DNA of 38,612 bases from Candidatus Bathyarchaeota archaeon (lineage in GTDB: Archaea; Thermoproteota; Bathyarchaeia; TCS64): the NCBI GenBank assembly GCA_043826455.1, contig JBDRQD010000076.1, forward strand, positions 1 to 38,612, in the 5' to 3' direction. This document shows positions 35,654 through 38,612 of this stretch, one piece after another (position 1 is the stretch's first letter; the number at the start of each line of letters is the position of its first letter). The notes under the pieces are model-generated. The model did no database searches. It saw only the letters and a program-made list of their open reading frames with translations, and was not told the DNA's origin. The position numbers and the translations under genes were made by a program.

Positions 35654-36430
35654 CTAGTAGCCGGCTTTGGCCATGATCTTCTTCACGGACTGGTACGCGG
35701 GAGAGTCGTCCGGTAGCTCTAGGAGGGATCGTCCTGCTATGTTGTACTCTGCGATCCGCTCTTCGCTGAGCACCCTGCCCAGGTACCTGTATGGCTGCTT
35801 CTCTGCCTCTGCCTCCAGCGCCTCGGTGAACCGGTACCCGCCCACTAGGTAGTAGTTCTCGAACTCTATGTCCACTTCCTTCATGATCTTGTGGCTGCGC
35901 TCCGCGTTGTCGAAGCTCTTCTTGCTGGGGTCCAGGATGTTGAAGACGTCCTTCACCTTCTTGGTTATCCTCCTGTTCAGGTGCTCCACCCCGGCGGGGC
36001 TGTCGACGATGACGTACACGTAGTTGCTCGACCACATGTCCATTATCTGGCCCAGGCTCCGGTCCGGGAGGCAGTAGCAGCCCTCGATCCACTTGGTGCC
36101 GACGCCTATGAAGTCGAAGAAGCTCCGCCCCTCGTAGAGGCACTCCTGGAACAGGAAGGGCTCGATCTTGTCCGTGGGGGTCATGCCCGTCATGCGGGTC
36201 ATCTTCCTCTCCTGAAGAATCTCGGACAGCACGTCGGCTATGGACCGTTTCCCCTCACCCTCAAGGTCGAGTCCCAGCATCTCGGCCAGGCTCTCATCCG
36301 GGTCGGAGTCCACCAGCAGGATGGGCTCCACGCCTCTCTCGTGGAGGTACCTGGCCATGAGGGCCGTGAAGGTGGTCTTACCCGTGCCACCCCTGCCCGT
36401 GACGACTATGGTTCCCTTATGCTCTACCAT
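35654..36430 (-). CDS. cooC: Second CooC/AcsF-type nickel-insertion ATPase
   Basis: GRGGTGKTT, DSDPD, EGCYC and DSPAGVEHLNR. Confidence 0.88.
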   Translation of the reverse strand: MVEHKGTIVVTGRGGTGKTTFTALMARYLHERGVEPILLVDSDPDESLAEMLGLDLEGEGKRSIADVLSEILQERKMTRMTGMTPTDKIEPFLFQECLYEGRSFFDFIGVGTKWIEGCYCLPDRSLGQIMDMWSSNYVYVIVDSPAGVEHLNRRITKKVKDVFNILDPSKKSFDNAERSHKIMKEVDIEFENYYLVGGYRFTEALEAEAEKQPYRYLGRVLSEERIAEYNIAGRSLLELPDDSPAYQSVKKIMAKAGY

Positions 36431-36497
36431 GAACCGTCTCCTACACTTCCCTAGTAAATGGAGATCATATCATATATAGTCGATTAAAGGGCATCGG

Positions 36498-38333
36498 TCA
36501 AGCCGAGGACGGGAAGTACTCCTTGTCCCCCGGCAGGTACAGGGCCTTACTATACTCCTCTATGAACTCCACGTCCACCAGGAGGTCAACGTAAACCATC
36601 TTACTGGCCACCTCCGCGGCCTCCCTCCTCTTATCCACGGACATTAGGGTCGCATAGGCTCCGGACAGTGAGCCGTTGCCTATGGGGTGGAACTCTCCGT
36701 TGGGGAACTCGGGGAATATGCCCAGCCTGGTGGCGCTGCCCATGTCGGTGTAGGTGCCGAAGGCGCCGGCCAGGTATATGCTCTTCACGTCGCGGATGCC
36801 TATCCTCAGCTTCTTCATGAGCACCGTTATGGCTCCACAGGCAGCAGCCTTGGAGTCTATGACGTAGTCCAGGTCGGCCTGGGTCAGCATGATGTCCTTG
36901 CCTATGGAGGTCTCCGCGGCGGGGACCACTAGGTATTCTAGGCCCCACTTCCCCGTCCTAACGTAGGGCGCGGAGGCCACCAGCTTCCCAGAGAAGTCCA
37001 GTATACCAGCCTTGAAGGTCTCGGCCACCAGGTCTATGAGCCCCGAGCCGCATATCCCCTTGGCGGGGGCGCCGCCTATGACGGACACCTGCGCCTTCTT
37101 GGTCCCAGGGTCTATCCAGACATGGTCTATGCCTCCTGTGGCGGCCCTCATTCCGTGGCGCACCCCCTCACCCTCAAATGCGGGTCCCGAGGCGCAGCTG
37201 CAACTGAACAGCCACTTGTCGTTGCCGAAGACTATCTCGCCGTTGGTGCCCAGGTCCACCATGAGGCTCATTTCCTCCGATCTGTGCATGCCGCTGGCTA
37301 TTACGTCGCCCACGGCGTCGCCCCCCAGGTACCGGCTCACGTTGGGCACACAGTAGATGTAGGCCTCGGGGTTTACTTTGAGTCCCACGTCCCGGGCCTT
37401 GATGATGATGGGGTCACGGGGTACCTCCACGTTGGCGATCTCCAGGTAGCCCGACTCGAGGCCCGCGAACAGGTGGTTCATCACCGTGTTTCCGCCTACT
37501 GTGACATCGGAGACCTCGCTGGGGTTTACGCCCGTCTCCTTGAAGAGCCCGGAGATCACGTCGTTCAGCGCAGCAACCACTGTCCTCTGGAGCTTTTTCA
37601 GCCCATCCTCCGTCCTAGCTATGGCTACTCTAGTGACCAGGTCCTCGCCATAGGTGATCTGCTTGTTCATGCCTGAGGCCGTGCTTAGAATCTTCCCTGT
37701 GTTGAGGTCCACGAGGACGGCTACGAGGGTGGTGGTGCCAATATCGATGGCCAAACCATAGTTTCTGTCTGTGGTGTCCCCCTGCTCGGCGCCGATGATC
37801 TCGGGGTACCCGTTAGTTCTGGAAACCGTCACCGTGACGGCGTCGCCCTTCAAAGCGTTAACCGCCTCGTAGACGTTGTCCGAGACTCTCGGGGCCGTCC
37901 CCTGGTAGTTCAGCAGGTTCAGGCGCCTGTAGGAGAGCAGTGAGCCCGCTGTGCCTCGCTGAGGGCTCAGGAGGTGCTTGGACGTGGCCGGTCTTGGCTC
38001 AGGTATCTGGAGCTCGCCGCTGATGAGTATCTTGGGGTTCTCCACTCTGCTCTCGGTGGGTATGGTGAACTCGCAGTCCTCTATTAGGCGGACCATGCAG
38101 GCCAGGTGGTAACCCTGCTCTAGCTCCTCGTGGGAGAGGAGTTTATCCGGCGTCGTCGACCGTTTCTCGACCCTGCCCCTCTCTAGGATAACCCTGCACT
38201 TGCCGCAGAACCCCTTGCCGCCGCACAGGGCCTCTATGTGGACGCCCTCCTCCCGCATCCTATCTAGGAGGATGTCCCCTCTCTCTGCGGGTATCTCCCT
38301 GTTGATGGGATTCAGTAGTACCCTAATGGTCAC
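36498..38333 (-). CDS. RACo/AcsV-type ATP-dependent reductive activator of corrinoid proteins ([2Fe-2S] plus ASKHA/DUF4445)
   Basis: CGGKGFCGKC...LAC, AIDIGTTT, DLGTNGEI, ASGPAFEG, GICGSG, LAGAFG and GNGSLSGA. Confidence 0.93.
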   Translation of the reverse strand: MTIRVLLNPINREIPAERGDILLDRMREEGVHIEALCGGKGFCGKCRVILERGRVEKRSTTPDKLLSHEELEQGYHLACMVRLIEDCEFTIPTESRVENPKILISGELQIPEPRPATSKHLLSPQRGTAGSLLSYRRLNLLNYQGTAPRVSDNVYEAVNALKGDAVTVTVSRTNGYPEIIGAEQGDTTDRNYGLAIDIGTTTLVAVLVDLNTGKILSTASGMNKQITYGEDLVTRVAIARTEDGLKKLQRTVVAALNDVISGLFKETGVNPSEVSDVTVGGNTVMNHLFAGLESGYLEIANVEVPRDPIIIKARDVGLKVNPEAYIYCVPNVSRYLGGDAVGDVIASGMHRSEEMSLMVDLGTNGEIVFGNDKWLFSCSCASGPAFEGEGVRHGMRAATGGIDHVWIDPGTKKAQVSVIGGAPAKGICGSGLIDLVAETFKAGILDFSGKLVASAPYVRTGKWGLEYLVVPAAETSIGKDIMLTQADLDYVIDSKAAACGAITVLMKKLRIGIRDVKSIYLAGAFGTYTDMGSATRLGIFPEFPNGEFHPIGNGSLSGAYATLMSVDKRREAAEVASKMVYVDLLVDVEFIEEYSKALYLPGDKEYFPSSA

Positions 38334-38422
38334 CGGCGAATCATATCCATTGCTGCGTTATGGTTTAAAACAGTTGATGAAAACGGGTAAATATTATACA
38401 TGGTCGCTCCAAGAATCATTTG

Positions 38423-38612
38423 ATGATTCTGGGTATCTGCGGCAGCCCCAGGCCTCAGGCCACGGAGTACGCTCTGAAGCAGGCTCTGGGGATGCTGGAG
38501 GAGATGGGCCACGAGACAGTGTTCTGGGGCGTAAGAGGGAAGCAGATCGGTTTCTGCACCCACTGCGACCACTGCCTCGGTGGGAAAGGCTGCGTAATAG
38601 ACGACGACGTGC
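38423..38612 (+). CDS. Iron-sulfur flavoprotein (Isf)/flavodoxin-like protein, 3'-truncated
   Basis: Not in the ORF track. Manual translation gives MILGICGSPRPQATEYALKQAL...IGFCTHCDHCLGGKGCVIDDDV, with GSPR and CX2CX2CX5C. TATA-like TAAATATTATA lies ~25 nt upstream. Confidence 0.88.
   Translation, partial: MILGICGSPRPQATEYALKQALGMLEEMGHETVFWGVRGKQIGFCTHCDHCLGGKGCVIDDDV

Noticed and set aside
38330..38572. 80-aa minus-strand ORF upstream of the RACo gene
   Set aside because: It is antisense to the clearly recognisable Isf-like gene starting at 38423 and runs through the promoter region.
1..38612. CRISPR arrays, tRNA/rRNA genes, IS elements
   Set aside because: Intergenic gaps are all short (under about 160 bp), and no repeat-spacer pattern, cloverleaf or transposase/integrase motif was seen by eye.

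Overview
GC-rich archaeal chromosomal window. Bathyarchaeia-like origin is an inference from gene content, TATA-type promoters and GGAGG/GGTGA ribosome-binding sites. The first ~7.6 kb hold accessory genes: a 5'-truncated HNH nuclease, an ICMT-type methyltransferase, an MBL hydrolase, an MFS transporter, an amidase, a subtilisin preceded by an apparent stand-alone copy of its propeptide, and an Eis-like acetyltransferase. From ~7.7 kb to the end lies a ~31 kb Wood-Ljungdahl/C1 supercluster. It contains a 2-oxoacid:ferredoxin oxidoreductase, metF-metV divergent from cdhABCDE, and an operon mch-fwdD-fwdB-fwdA-ftr-fwdC-rimK/mptN-nucleotidyltransferase. It also has a small ArsR/PK_C-like/CBS module, a methanopterin-biosynthesis block (citG-like, second nucleotidyltransferase, DUF447, mptG, DHPS-like, CofE-like), two CooC ATPases, a RACo/AcsV corrinoid activator and a partial iron-sulfur flavoprotein. 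The most notable inference is that the CitG homologue plus the Pol-beta-type nucleotidyltransferases fit the poorly assigned late steps of methanopterin side-chain synthesis: alpha-ribosyl-triphosphate attachment and the 2-hydroxyglutarate phosphodiester. Also notable are a bacterial fhcBADC-type gene order that keeps a catalytically intact-looking FwdB/FwdD, and MetFV apparently standing in for Mer. No rRNA, tRNA, CRISPR or IS element was recognised. All family assignments come from motif recognition, not database searches.
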